Below are positions 38,308 through 51,360 of a stretch of 64,000 nt of DNA, one piece after another. Each line of letters opens with the position of its first letter. Position 1 is the first letter of the stretch. A program made the translations under genes and the position numbers. The notes under the pieces are model-generated. The model was not told the origin of the DNA. It saw only the letters and a list, made by a program, of their open reading frames with translations, and ran no database searches. Where the stretch lies: positions 3,100,001-3,164,000 of the forward strand of contig CM074813.1 of NCBI GenBank assembly GCA_037447605.1, in the 5' to 3' direction. The DNA is from Zygnema circumcarinatum SAG 698-1b (Eukaryota; Plantae; Zygnematophyceae).

Positions 38308-41300
38308 ATGATGTCGCTGGCGTTCACTGCATCACAGGCCGACATCCTCCTGCAGCCGCCCTGGCAGCCATGGCAGGGGCAGCTCTCCGCCTCTATGGAG
38401 CGCTGGGAGAGCGCTCTGCAGGGCGTTGCGGACTCGCAGATTAGGACGTGGAGCCATGTGGCGCGGCCACATGGCAGAAGCTCGTTGACCGGGGCGAAGG
38501 CAGTGAGAGGGAGCTATGCGGCAGAGGGGCAGAAGGAGCGGAAGGGGAGAACCCAGGCCGCTATGGATTCTCTGCAGGGGAAGCTCTGGTGAGGGAACCA
38601 AGAATGGAATTATCTTGGCAGGAACATCGTGTTCTGTTATTTCGTTTAATCTTTATTATCTGCTGTCGAAGGTTTTGTATTTTTGAAATGTTAAGCTTCA
38701 GCTGGGAGGCCAGGGACTTTAGGTGAGAATTTTTTTTTGGAATTCGGAATGTGAGGTGGTAGGAGTGACTGTTGGGACTGCAATGTTCGTCTATGTTCGC
38801 TGTTTATCGAATTGATACAAGACGAATGTTGGGCGGAACGAGAGGACATTTTTTATGATAATGGTTGGGTCCCCTGCAGGCTATTGCTTTCCGGTGTGCT
38901 TTATGCTTCTCCAGCAAACGCCTGCATTGTCTTTTTTCTCCTTTGTCGGTCGGCAATTTTCCAAGTGCTCTCCTGCTGGGCAATTGCAGAGGTACGGATT
39001 TCCTTGCGCCTTCCATTTTCCCGTGTTTTCAGTCCTGCTTCTCTTAGTTTAACTAACACATGAATGGTGTTGCAGGCTTTATTTGCTGTCTATCGGTATT
39101 TTGAATACCAGCGAGTGAATAAATCGCTGATTCAGAACCCTGTTCCGGAGCCGGAAGAAGTCACAGTACTGCTAGACCGAATACTTGCGCTCCGGTGAGA
39201 TATATATTTCATCCGTTGAAAGTATTACTCTCTCACATTCTGTCTATCCCCTTCACCCTCCCTCCAACCTCCTTCCTCCCTATCCCCATTTCATTCTCTT
39301 GCAGTCTCCCTCTCCCGTCCCTCAACCTCGTCCCTTTCTTTTCTCTCCTGTTCTCCAAAAACCCAGCATTCTATCCCGCCATTCTGTTGCCCTCCTTCAT
39401 CCTTCCCTCCTGCGCTTCTTCTCTCTTAGATTTCCGTTCCTACTTCACTCCTCTCCTTCCTTCTCTCCCCTCCCTTCCCCCCCCTTCCTTCTACTCCATC
39501 ACTTTCTTTCATTCAGGTTATAGGGAGATTGTTAGAGAGATTCTCATGCAACTTGTTTTACTATCTAGATTTAGTATCCCTCCCTCCCTTCATGTGAGGG
39601 GGGCGTGCCTCACACTGACCATCTCTGTGAGAGTGTGGGTGTGGCAGCGGCGACATTGATGAGCGGCAGTTCTTATCGGGCTGGTTCTTGGGGGCGCCAT
39701 TTGAGAAAATAAAGCGTGAAAACATGCGCGAATTTATGGCCTACGCATTTTATCACCGGTTTGTTGCAAACCTCAGCGATCTTTTGCTTCCCCCCCTCCT
39801 TCTCTGCTCTTTTATTTCCGTACATTTCGATTTTTTACTTTTTTGTTTGTTGATTAGTTCAGGAGATGATTTTTCCTTTGACTTATCGGTTGTTTACATC
39901 GAACAGGTCGGTGGAGGAATTGACCGAAAGACACAGAGAAGCGATTGAAGGTACAAGAAACTGAACTAAGACCCTTTGGAAATGCCGCTGAGGCGACTTA
40001 CTTGTCCCCTTTGTCTTGCACCCACGCACTTCAACCTGTGAAGTAGCTGCTCCCGCTGCGCTTCTTACCTTTGCGCAGTTCGACTTTTTGTCCTTTGGAG
40101 GAGCTGGACTTCAATCGGTGTCCGCTCTATAGTATTTTTGTCCCTTCCCTTGTTCGTTGTTCCATGATCTCGCTCTCTCTCTCTCTCTGCCCCTCCTTCC
40201 CAGGGCACATAAAGCGGGCGGAGGAGGTGTGGGAGCTGTCCTTCGAGGCCGGCCATGCCGAGGGGCTGCGCTTTATGGCGCACAACCGCGAGCCCCTGCG
40301 CACTCTGCACCACCCGCTCGCGCTCTACGCCTGGTCAGGGGGTTGGACTGCGGGGGGGAGGGGGGTGGGAGGGGGAGGAGGGAGAGGGCAGGAGAGAGGG
40401 TGGGGGAACCTGTGATTTCTTTCTTTTCTTTGCCGTTTCCGTTTTGGCGATATATGAAACTGACAAAGGCAAATGGTTTTATTTTCTGCCCTTATTGTCT
40501 CTATGTTGGCAGGGGACAAATGGTTGCACTGGTGACGGGGCTCGTCCTTCGCTGCTTGAACTTCCAAAAGTGCGCGCTTTCGTGCCCTGCAAAATCCCCA
40601 ATGGCGTGTTGCCAACGCTGACGATGGAGGACTCGTCTCTGTCTGCGATGGCTTTGTTTTTGTATGTTGTGAATCATGCTGTGTTGAAGTGAAGCTTGAC
40701 TTTTGGTCGAAGGGCGCACTGCTGCAGGCGGCAAAGCAAAGGTCGGCTGCTGCAGTACTGGTTCCGCCCTGCTACGGTAAAAACCTTGGACCCTAATTTT
40801 GCCTTTTTATTTCTGTGCGCTTCTTCTGCTCCTCTCCCTGCTGGAGATGATTTTCTTTTTTGGGCGATTGACACGATAAAGTCAGTGTCCCCCGCTTTTT
40901 CCCCTAATGATGAAGGTGCTTCCAACATAGGTAGTATTCATAGAGGGAGGTGAGGGCTTGAAGTTCTAGGGGCTGAGTTCAGGCGTGGTTTCATCGTGAT
41001 GTTGTAACTTGTGTATTGAATGTGAGATTTACTTCATAATGTGTGTTGTTTGCTTCTTTTCAGGGCGCAAATGTGGGACAAAAGTTGGCGGTCCCCCGGG
41101 TCTTCATTCATGGGCTGGGGATTGGGGTCACTCCCTACCTCTCATTCATCCACATGCTCCTTGAGGGCCATCAATCTGTCAGTTTCTCTCTCTCACCGAC
41201 CCCCTCTCTCCCTCCCTCCTTCTCTCCCTGTCTCTCTCTCTCACACGCACACATACTCGTGCCCATTCATCGCGGCCCTGTCTCCCATGTCCTACTATTC

Positions 41301-43329
41301 CCACCCCTCCCATTCCCCTCCCTTCCCTTCCTTGCGTGCTGCTGTTTCATTCCATCTGATGGAAGATGGAAACAAGCATTCTTTAAATGGAACTTCAATG
41401 CTGTCTTTTTGTTTCCTGGGGATTCGCAGCCCATGGTGGTGGTGGAGCTGCCCCACATCGCACTGCAGATCAGAAAGAAGATTCCCTCAGCCAACGATGT
41501 GGTGCGTACTACTGAAAAAATCTTCAACCCTAACAGCTCTCGATTCTTCAAAACTTTTGTAGAAGACTCGTGTTGTTGAAAATCTTGGAAATCGCCCTGA
41601 TCGTCTAACCCTGATACCCCTCTAAGTCCTCCAACGTTTGATAGAAATAACATAGAAACGACCAAATACAGAACCAAAACCCTAAACGTGCCTTGGTATG
41701 AGGCGGTTGCCAGATAGACGCCATAAAGGGCATCCACGCCGAGCACGGGCTCGGCCCCGCTCAGTACATCGGCCACTCGTACGGCTCGCTCATCGTGGCG
41801 GGGGTGAGGGCACAACGCTGGCTCAAAAATTAGCTGTACCGCCTGAATCCTGTTGTCAAGTGTAGGTTTTGAAGATCTTAGGACTTTAAAACTTTTTTTT
41901 TTTTTTTTTCGAGTATTTGTCGCTTCATGTTACCTTAGTCAGATAGTTATCATTTTGTACGGCGTGAGCTTGCAGCTTGTCCGGCGGTTTCCTGAGCTCG
42001 TGGCCTCCCTCGGCCTCGTGGACCCCGTCTGCTTTCTGCTCTGCCTGCCCGACGTGGTCTACAACTTTGTCTACAGGTTCCATGGAGCTCCCCTCGTTGC
42101 TGTTCTGTTCTACTTGTTTCCTTGTTTCGTTGCCTAACGCGTTGCTTCAATTATGTTCCGCATCCTCCTTTGAGATGTATGACTTTCATTGACATGTTTT
42201 GTCGAATCGCATTCTTCCGGGTGCGCCCAGAGAGCCCCGTGGTGAGAACATGTTCGTGACGGCGTGCGACACTGCGAGGTGGTTTCTCTGCTCGCGCGAG
42301 CTGCAGGTGGCGCAGGTCCTCTGCCGAGGCTTCGACTGGTGAGGGTCGAAAACCCCCTCGCTTTATAGTGCTCGCTTTCTCTTTCTACTCTTCCCTCTCC
42401 TCCTTTCTCTCGACTTCGCTCTCTCTTTCCATTTCTCTCCTTCCCACTTTTTGGGCCTCTCCCTATTTCTCCTGTTCGAGCTCTCCCTCCCCTTACTTCC
42501 TTTGTTTTCTCCTCTCCTTCTCTTCCCAGTTCCGCTCTCTGCGTTTCCCTCGTCTTTCCTCTACTTTCTCCTCCATTCTTTCCTTATCCTCTAGGCCTAG
42601 TAAATCATGAGAAGGTTGTGTTTGGATTCATGACTATGGAGGGAGCGGTGGGCACAAACTGGACAGGCATATGCTGCATTTGTGGACGGACCAACTTCCG
42701 TTACAGTCGACAGTTATGTTGGCGGGGCGAGATCAAATTGTTCCCTCGAAGGACGTCAAGAGGTCAGACAACAGTTCCATTTTCGAGATTTAGAGTGTGT
42801 AGAGTTTTAAGGCGGGGCTTTACATGTTTGCGGCACATATTTGTGTTATGCTTCAAAGCACGATGATACTATTTCTTGTGTACTCGTGTAGGTTTTTTGT
42901 CGGTATAGAACTGTTCAAGATATGAGTAGTGAAGTGCATCAGAACTGTGATGCATTGCCAAGCGCGTGAACAGGCATCTGGAGAAACATGGAGTGAAGGT
43001 TCTGTACCATGCCAAGTACCAGCATGCGGAGTATCTATTTCGGTAAATATCCTTTCCAAACTATGCAGCTCTATCCACGCAAACACATGGACGAACTCCG
43101 AGTGACATGTTCCGTGCTCGCGGACTGCAGTCCGTCCGTCATCTAACTCTGAACTCATGGGCTGCTGCCATGGATGAGCAGTGAATGAGGTGTTGAGCAT
43201 GTCGTTTTGTTTCACACCTTTGCTTCGTCCTTCAATCTAATTGCGACTTTTATTATGTCTGCGCGCAGGCCTTCAGCTCAAAGAGATTTTTTAAATCAGT
43301 TGAACTCCAGCTTCACCGTGGCAGGATGA
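38308..43329 (+). CDS. Alpha/beta hydrolase fold protein, ~12 exons; first exon boundary tentative
   Basis: Exons give FLSGWFLGAPFEKIKRENMREFMAYAF, LRFMAHNREPLRTLHHPLALY, VFIHGLGIGVTPY, VVVELPHIA, YIGHSYGSLIVAG (41771-41785 nucleophile elbow), LGLVDPVCFLL, SRELQVAQVLCRGFDW, VMLAGRDQIVP, YHAKYQHAEYLF, ending PSAQRDFLNQLNSSFTVAG* at 43329. Confidence 0.85.
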
Positions 43330-43809
43330 ATGCTGCGTCGGTTTGGAAACAGGAGGGTGCCTGTTCCATGCTGTCTGAGGTTGNNNNNNNNNNCCCCCCC
43401 CCCCCCCCAATCGGGTTCAATTTTCAGTTCTCAAGATTTTATGCATTGCTTCATGTGATGACGCGGTATTCCTTTGGCAGAACGAACGTCGGAATAGGAG
43501 TTCCTGTGTATATATTGTCCTTTCCTGGTTAACCAAGTTGAGCAGATAGATCCACTGGATCGCAAGAATGATGTGATTTCTTATCAAATTGTTTGTTCCC
43601 ACGTTCTGTGGAAGTGAGTGACGAGCAGCTCAGCTGAGCTCTAAATTGTCTCAACGATGACATCCATAATATTAGTCGAGTCAATGATATGAAAAGCGTG
43701 CAAAAGTATGTTATGTTGCGAAGCATCGAGTGCAAGAGGAGGTTGCATCATTGATCGCTCCAATTGCCAGTCATAACTTTCACACACCCGCCCATACGTG
43801 TCGAAGTAG

Positions 43810-43851
43810 AAATGTCACCGAGCAAAAATGTCACCGAACAAAAATGTCACC
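43810..43851. repeat. 17-bp tandem repeat, about 2.5 copies
   Basis: AAATGTCACCGAGCAAA / AAATGTCACCGAACAAA / AAATGTCACC. Confidence 0.8.
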
Positions 43852-44652
43852 TCGCTAAGGTGAAACCAAGCCATCGAATCGAACTATCAGACTTGCCTTC
43901 CCTTGTCAGTGCGCCCGTCGCTCTTTCAAGATGCATGGCCCCGGAAGCCCGAAAAGCTCGCAACCTGCTTGCCCCTACCTTGCGGTGTTGCCGCGCTTCC
44001 ACGCTCCGGCCCGGTGCTCGTCCTCCGCTCCCCCAGCACGCCTGCGTCAGGACTTAGGAGGCAGCCGCAGCCGCGCTGTTGGGCGCCACAGAACAAGAAG
44101 ACGGAGAAGAAGCAGAGGAGGCGCGCTCATAGCTTTTTCTTTCAGTCTTCAGCTCGTCCATCATCATCGTCTGTGGCCGGTTGGGTCCTCGTGGTTTCCA
44201 ATCGTGTTGCTTTTGCCATGCCATGCCATGCGCCATTGGCTGGCGTCGCCGTCGTGTGATGAGGGCCACATGCTGACATGCACCCATGCATCCATCCATC
44301 TTATCGTACGGAACCATACGGCACGGTCAGGCCGTACGGTACAATGTGTGGCCGTGCTGCTGACGAGCGCTCCAGCGCAGTGACCGGAAGTGACCGACAG
44401 TGACGAATGTGACCGACGGAACCGCGCGTCGCGTCCCCTCCCCCGGGCCACCCTCTCCGCTAGCCCTCTCAACTGCTCTCCCCCTCCTCTCCCTCTCCCC
44501 CTCCCTCTCCTGAGCGCAGCTGCTGCTGCTGCTGCTGCTGTTGCAAGGGCCTTTGAACCCCCGGACGGGCGGGCGGACCTGAACCCCTGCAAACCTGAAA
44601 TTCCTGACGCCTGGGCACTTGGAAGAGGCTCTCAGCCCCCCGAGCCCTCGCC

Positions 44653-46823
44653 ATGGCGAAAATCATCGACGGGAAGGCCATCGCGCACGCGATCCACGGG
44701 GAGGTTGCGGAGGGTGTGCGGCGACTAAGGGAGGAGCACGGGAAGGTGCGCACGTTGACGCTGAATGAAGGGACACGGAATGGCAGTATCAGTCAAGTGG
44801 GAAGGAAGGACGAGAGGGGGTGGAAAGAGAGTGAATGCTGCTGCTTGCGTAGACTGAGGCCATTCAAGAAACAGGAAATTTAGGGTTTCAGAGTTTTTTG
44901 GAGTTGATCTTTTTTACCTTTATGTAAGGGTTGCATTTTGGCGGTTTCTGGGAGACTTAAAAATGTCAAAAGGTTAGGTTTCACAGAGGGTTTTGAGCTT
45001 TCTTATTTGTACTGCTGTTTGAGAAACTCATTTGAATTCAAACATAGTGAAGCCTGTAAGTTAAGGCTGTCTACGTAGTCATGGGAATCAAACCGAACTG
45101 CTATGAACTTACCTGCAGCAATGAGCAAATAGACGTAAGTTGATGCGTTGGTAGTTAAGAAGTGTTGCAGATTGTTAAGAAATATGGGCAGACGCCTTTA
45201 GACGGAAGGAGCCATGAACAAGCCCTGTACATAGAACTCATGGCAAGCACGGACAGACTAATGATTTCTATACATTTATGGTTCCAGGTTCCGGGCTTGG
45301 CAGTAATAATTGTCGGAGAACGGAAAGATTCCCAAACCTATGTCCGCATGAAGACTAAAGCGTGTGAAGAGGTTGGCATTAGTTCTTTCCAAGAATCATT
45401 CGAATCGAGCGCCAGCCAAGAAGATATCATTGCAGCTGTTCGGCGATTCAACGACGATCCAAAAGTTCATGGTGCGTCTCCTTGAAAGTGATTCGTAGGT
45501 TTTTGGGGAGATGGAAAACAGTTTTTGAGAAAAGATTGCTCGGACTCTTCTAGGGAATTTGTTACACTGGGGAACACCCACCGGGAGGATGACACTCTCA
45601 CAAAACTTGATACCTGGAAAAAAAATATTGATCGTAAACGCATGAATATCTATTAATGTTATTAACTCTTTTATAGAAAAGTTAACAACAGGGTTTTTAG
45701 GGTTTTTAGGGAGTAAAGATCTTGAGGGGTTTTAGGTTTGGCTTGGCGGTTGTGGATTTAAGGGAACATGAGAGTGCAGGAATATTGGTGCAGCTGCCCC
45801 TCCCCCCCCACATTGACGAGACGGCTGTTCTGAGGGAGGTCAGTCTGGAGAAGGACGTGGACGGCTTCCACCCGATGAACATCGGCAACCTCTGCATGAA
45901 GGGCCGGGAGCCTCTGTTCGTGCCCTGCACCCCAGAGGTAAATTTTGAGATTCCCATCTTATAACTCGTCAGTTTTGGCAGTTTTGGCGCAGCATTTCTG
46001 GAAACCACATTATTAATTCTATTTAGACCCGTAGTCCTATAACTAAACTGTAGAGGTGCGTGCCCGAAATCCGCATCTTTTGCAATGGTCCAATCTTTTC
46101 ATGAACCCACACTCGTTAAACGTGAAAGCCTTACGCACGCCAAAGGTTCTGGAGACTGCGTGGTTCTCAACTGTAACTGGAACTGGAACTTATTGTGATG
46201 CCTGTTGATGGAACAGGGGTGCATAGAACTGCTGCTGAGAAGCGGAGTCCCCATTGCGGGCAAGCGCGCAGTGGTGGTGGGCCGCAGCAACACAGTGGGC
46301 ATGCCGGCCGCCCTGCTCCTCAACGAGAGGGACGCCACCGTCACCATCGTGCATTCGCGCACGCACGACCCCGCCAGCATCGTGAGAGAGGCAGATATCG
46401 TGATTGCAGCAGCGGGACGGGCCCACATGGCAAGGAACCTATCTCTTTCTCCCCCCTCCTCCTCTCTCTCCCTCTTTCCTCTTACACATATACAGTATAC
46501 TCCACTCTCACATCTGTCCTAGCACAGCGACGAGAAACAGTCTCCAAGATGTGACATGTCTGACATTTCCCTGCTGAAGCATGTTCGCGCAGGTGAAAGC
46601 TGATTGGCTGAAGCCGGGCGCGGCCGTCATCGACGTGGGCATTAACGCTGTGGACGACCCCTCGAGGAAGTCGGGCTACCGTCTGGTGGGCGACGTGGCG
46701 TACGAGGAGGCGCGCCACGTGGCGGGGTGGATCACGCCCGTGCCGGGGGGCGTGGGGCCAATGACCATCGCCTCGCTGCTCCGCCACACGCTTCGCGCCG
46801 CGCAGAGGGAGGCCGAAAAATAG
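44653..46823 (+). CDS. FolD: Bifunctional methylenetetrahydrofolate dehydrogenase/cyclohydrolase, 5 exons, one GC-AG intron
   Basis: Exons 44653-44745, 45288-45471, 45780-45937, 46217-46428, 46593-46823. Peptides [86 protein letters not shown]. No in-frame transit peptide is seen. Confidence 0.98.
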
Positions 46824-47438
46824 GGTGGCCAGAAATGTATACATTTTTGTTTATAAATTGAAAACGGGTTCTTGAAAGCTCTGCTCTTTTGGTTCTGGCG
46901 ATGAATATGTGTATGTATTGCTACACAAATTGTGTTATTTCGAATTTGGATGCAAGGTACCGTTAGCAACGGTATTCATTTGCACAATTATGTCGAGGGT
47001 AGAAAAGTAATACAGTTCATGAAGGGCTGCACCAAATTTGTGAGCTTGTTTCGAATCGGAAATCAAAGTTTGGAAGTCAAAGGGTCGGCGTCGGCCAACG
47101 CCATTTAATGACCGCTTGCCTCGCCCCCTCCACAGCGCCGCTATGCGGCTCTGCAGACATATGCTCCCTCGTTGCAGATATCTCTATCTGCCCATTGGAA
47201 GGAAACAGAAGGCACGTGTTCCCAAGCCCCATGCCCAAACTCTAGGACCTACGCGGCAAACCTTGACACTGTTCTCGTACATCGTCGGCAAAAATAGACA
47301 ACATAAAATTGTCTCAGGTATAGAGAGCACAGTCAATGGTGTAAGACTGCCCAAGTTCTTCTTTCAACAACATCGTGAATGCTTCCGGACCATACACAAC
47401 AGTGAACAGTATATACACGAAGGCACGACCGCATGATG

Positions 47439-50089
47439 TCAGTCCCCCTGCACGAAGCGCGCGAGCTGCATCTCCTGCTCCGCCATGGCCGCGAGCTCCG
47501 GGCGGCCGGCCCGCCTATACGCGCGCGAGAGCGTGCGGAAGGTCGTGGCGGTCGGCGCGACGCCCCGCGCCCTCATGCGCCGGAACATGCGCGTCACGCC
47601 GTCCACGAGCCCGGCCATGCCGTACACGCTCATCATCGTCGTGTACGTCACCTGCCGGCACGCACACGCACACGCCATGCTTCAACACATGGCATCACAT
47701 ACACATCACATCACATGGCATCACATGGCATCACATGGTATGACATGACATGAAGTTGCATGCCAATGACAGACATCCTGACTGATGTTATAAGGCATGG
47801 CCTGATGGCATGGCGGCATGGTGGCATGAGGGATGACGTGACATAGCAGGACAAAAAGGGATGCTTCTACCATGCCAAGGCCTTAACAACCCTAGATAGC
47901 TCACATTTCACATTTCACATTCTCGCCATTCATCTGAACCTACCACGTCTGCTCGCAGCCCTTCTTTTTCAAGAGACATGAAAAGCTTGATGGCTTCGTC
48001 AACTCTTGTAGCTCGCCCGTGGGCCAAAATCATCGCATTGAATGCGTGCAAGTCGGGGCGAATTCCTTTCGCCCTTACGTGGTTCCACAGCTTCACCGCT
48101 TCCTCATGCCGCCCCTCGCGACTGTGCAGAGCGATCATCGTTGTCACTGAATGCATGTCACGCGAAGATTGGCCGAGATTCGGCGATGAGACAGCTGGCA
48201 GCAAATGGTTGAAAGCTTCGGAAAGCTGTCCTGTCTTCATTAATGCAGTGGCCATTCTGTACACCAAGGCAGACGACAACAGTTAATAAAGAGAAGCAAG
48301 CAGAGCTATACTGAACAAACTCACTCTTTCATGTGACAATTTACGGTTTAACGGTAGAGAGTTGTGCCGCAACTCACCTGTTGTGCGTGGATAGATCCGG
48401 CACGAGGCCTTTTGCTTTCATCTCTTCGTGAATTTCAGCCACCTCGTCTGAGCGTCCTAGTTGGCTGTAAACCGCAATTAGGCGATTGAATGAAGCCACG
48501 TCATTCAAAACTTCCGATGATCTCAACTCCTTGGCAACTTCCAATGCCTGCCCGGACCTGCCGGCATCCAGATAGATCTTCATCATGAGGCAATACGTTG
48601 CTGAATTTCTCCTCCCTTGCATTGTGCGATACAACTGGGAAGCTTTGAAAACTTTCGACCTGCCCGCTCTCCCATACACCTCCAGCATTGTGTTCCATGT
48701 CATAGTATCTAAAGCTCCGTTCTTTTCCCTCACCTCCTTGAAAAACGCTTCCGCCTCCATTAACCTTCCCATTTTACCAAACATTTTTATAACAGATGTC
48801 GCGATAACAGAATTGATTTTTTCCCCATTTTCTTCCATTTCTCTCAAAACACCCATTACCCCCTGTACATCCTTTTCCCTCCCGAGAGCCTCCACCAGCA
48901 TCCCCCTCGCCACCATGTCCGCCTTCACACCCGCAGCCCTCATCTCAACCAAAGTTTCTTTGAGCTGCCCCGTTTCGCCTGCCCGAGCCCTCGCTGCCGC
49001 GAGAGCGCACCAAATTCTGACATCTGGCACGAACCCCATCGCCCTCATATCGTCCAAAGCTATGCTCGCCTCCTCCAACATCCTCCCCTGTATACATGAT
49101 CTAATCACTATGGAAAAAAGCTCACGGTCAGGTAAGAAAAAACTTTTTGGTTCCTCCCCTTCCTGCCCGATTGAGTCCTCCATGGGATGTTTCTGCTTCC
49201 ACTTCCCTCTAAACTTTCTCGTCTCTTCAAAGGCGGCCCAAACATTTTCTCTTTCTGCCCGACCCGCCAACACTCTCAAATTTTGCTTAAAGGCAATCAA
49301 AGAATCGAGGTCTTCTCGACGATCCAGATTCCGTTGAGATGACGTTGCCGCCTTGGTCTGATTGTCACGTGGCACTCCCTTAGAGGTCGAAAGCTCATCG
49401 GAGGAAATAGTACTTTCTTCGACAGAGCCTCGCAGCTCTGAATCTCCATGATTTGTATCACAGCTAGTGCTATGAATTTCTGAATTGGTGCAGTCATCAT
49501 TAGCTAATATTCGGATCTGCTCTGGTTCGGAAAATTGTTGAATTCCTAGGCGGCTTGAAGAATCTCTCCCGCATTCGTCTGAATGAAATTTGGGCGAGTC
49601 CTTGTACAAAAGCAGTGATAATATCGCAGCGGGGTGGGAATTCGGAGTCACGGACATGCGTTTCCATGTTGCAGTTACAAGTTGATCTTCAGGAACGGTG
49701 AAATGAACGGATTTACTATCAGAGACGTCGCCTTTCTGTTTCGCAAAGAGCCCAACACGAAAAGGAGAAAATTACAGGATGTAAAATTCTTCAATTTCAA
49801 ATTGAATAGAAAGACCTCATCCGTGCGCTCTAATCCTTAAGCCCCTCACATTTATCGCAGCACATGCGAAGCCCAAGATTCTAAGCCTCACGATGCATGA
49901 GTTTCTAATCATAAAGTTAATTAATTTAAACCCTCAACCTGAATTCTTTAAAGAGACGGGAGCAGTCATACCCTGAACCTTCCACGCACATTTGATCCGC
50001 TCCCTGCCACCGCAAACTGCCCTCCAGAAGCGTCCATACAACTGCTCCGTCCCGGAGTTTTCCCCACCGCCATGGTCGCTCTCCGCCAT
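47439..50089 (-). CDS. P-class pentatricopeptide repeat protein; start may be 50191
   Basis: Exons ~50089-49979, ~49735-48378, 48256-47944, 47651-47439. Tandem 35-aa PPR motifs, e.g. PDVRIWCALAAARARAGE...EMRAAGVKAD, DTMTWNTMLEVYGRAG, PDLHAFNAMILAHGRATRVDEA, VTYTTMMSVYGMAGLVD. Confidence 0.92.
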
Positions 50090-50199
50090 GGATGCTCCGC
50101 CGAAGAAAGGCGCGGGAGGAAGGCGAGGTCCGCCGCGGCCATGGCTGCTCCTCTGCTTTCTCCTTCCAGGACAGGCATCAAGAGGCGACATAATGCTGA

Positions 50200-51360
50200 C
50201 GTCACGCGGTCAAGGCCAACCAAGCCCACGGATTCCAGCTCAAAACTCCGTTTCGGTTTCTGGTTTGCAGTTTGCAGTTTGTAGATTGCAATTTGCAGTT
50301 TGGCGGGCGGTGATGCACCGCGCGGCAGTGATGATGTTGGTGCAGCGCTACATACGCGAGGGAGGGAGGGGGGAGGGGCCGTGCGGACGTGCGCGATCAA
50401 CGGCGGCGATGCGCGCTCGCGGTGGTTTGGGGGAGGAGGGGGGGTGCTGACCTCACGGGCGGGAGGGCGCGGTTGATTGAGTCGTCCCGAGGCAGAAGGC
50501 GGGCAGCGAGTCATCGGACGGCCGCCATCGCTTGCGAGGGCGCGTCGCCGTCTGGATGCGATCGAGCCTCCCCTCCCCTCCCCTGCCCCTCCCCGCACGC
50601 GACTTCAGCGGCCGCGATGCGCCCACGCCCCCGCGGGATCCGGAGATGCACATGCGCAGGATCGACGGCGGCCCGGGCTGCGCCAACCGCCGAATCGCTC
50701 CAAAGATAAAAGGCGCGTCCCAGAATCTCGCCCGCCCAGTTGCACCACATTCCACCGACACCCCACCGACACTACCGACAACGAGCGGGCGGGCGAGAAA
50801 AAAGGCCTCCGGAAGTGGCCCATCCTGCTGACGCCACGTGTCCACTCCGCCCCCCCTCTCCCTCTGGCCGCCGTCACGCCACGCGGCGCGGCCTCGCTGG
50901 CTCCCGCCGCGTGGCAGGCCCGCCGACTGGCCCGCCACGTGGGCCGGCCACCGGACGCGCTGGTGCACGGGAGGGGGGGGCAGGAGGGACGCAGGGGCGG
51001 GCGGGAAAGGGAGAGGGAGAGGGAGGGGGAGAAGGGCGAGGGAGAGGGAGAGGAGGGAGAGGGAGAGGGAGAGGGAGAGGGAGAGGGACAGGGAGAGGGA
51101 CGGAGAGTTAGAGGAGGTAGAGGGAGGAGGAGAGGGAGAGGGAGAGGGAGAGGGAGAGGGAGAGGGAGAGGGAGAGGGAGAGGGAGAGGGAGAGGGGAGG
51201 GAGAGGGAGAGGAGGGAGAGGGAGAGGGAGGAGGAGAGGGAGAGGGAGAGGGAGAGGGAGAGGGAGAGGGAGGAGGAGAGGGAGAGAGCCCCCGGAAGGG
51301 TTGCAGCTGCCTGCATTCGCCAAATGCAGATGAGCAGTTAGATTTGCGCCACGTGTCAGA
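50200..51360. promoter_or_regulatory. Divergent promoter island (PPR / CRY-DASH) with a long (GGGAGA)n tract
   Basis: GCCACGTG at 50833, 50934, 51348; ~280-bp GGGAGA/GAG repeat at ~51005-51290. Confidence 0.55.

Noticed and set aside
48585-49337. Long antisense ORFs over PPR and VPS50 exons (also 29680-30435, 31045-31572)
   Set aside because: Shadow frames of genuine coding exons, with no independent motif.
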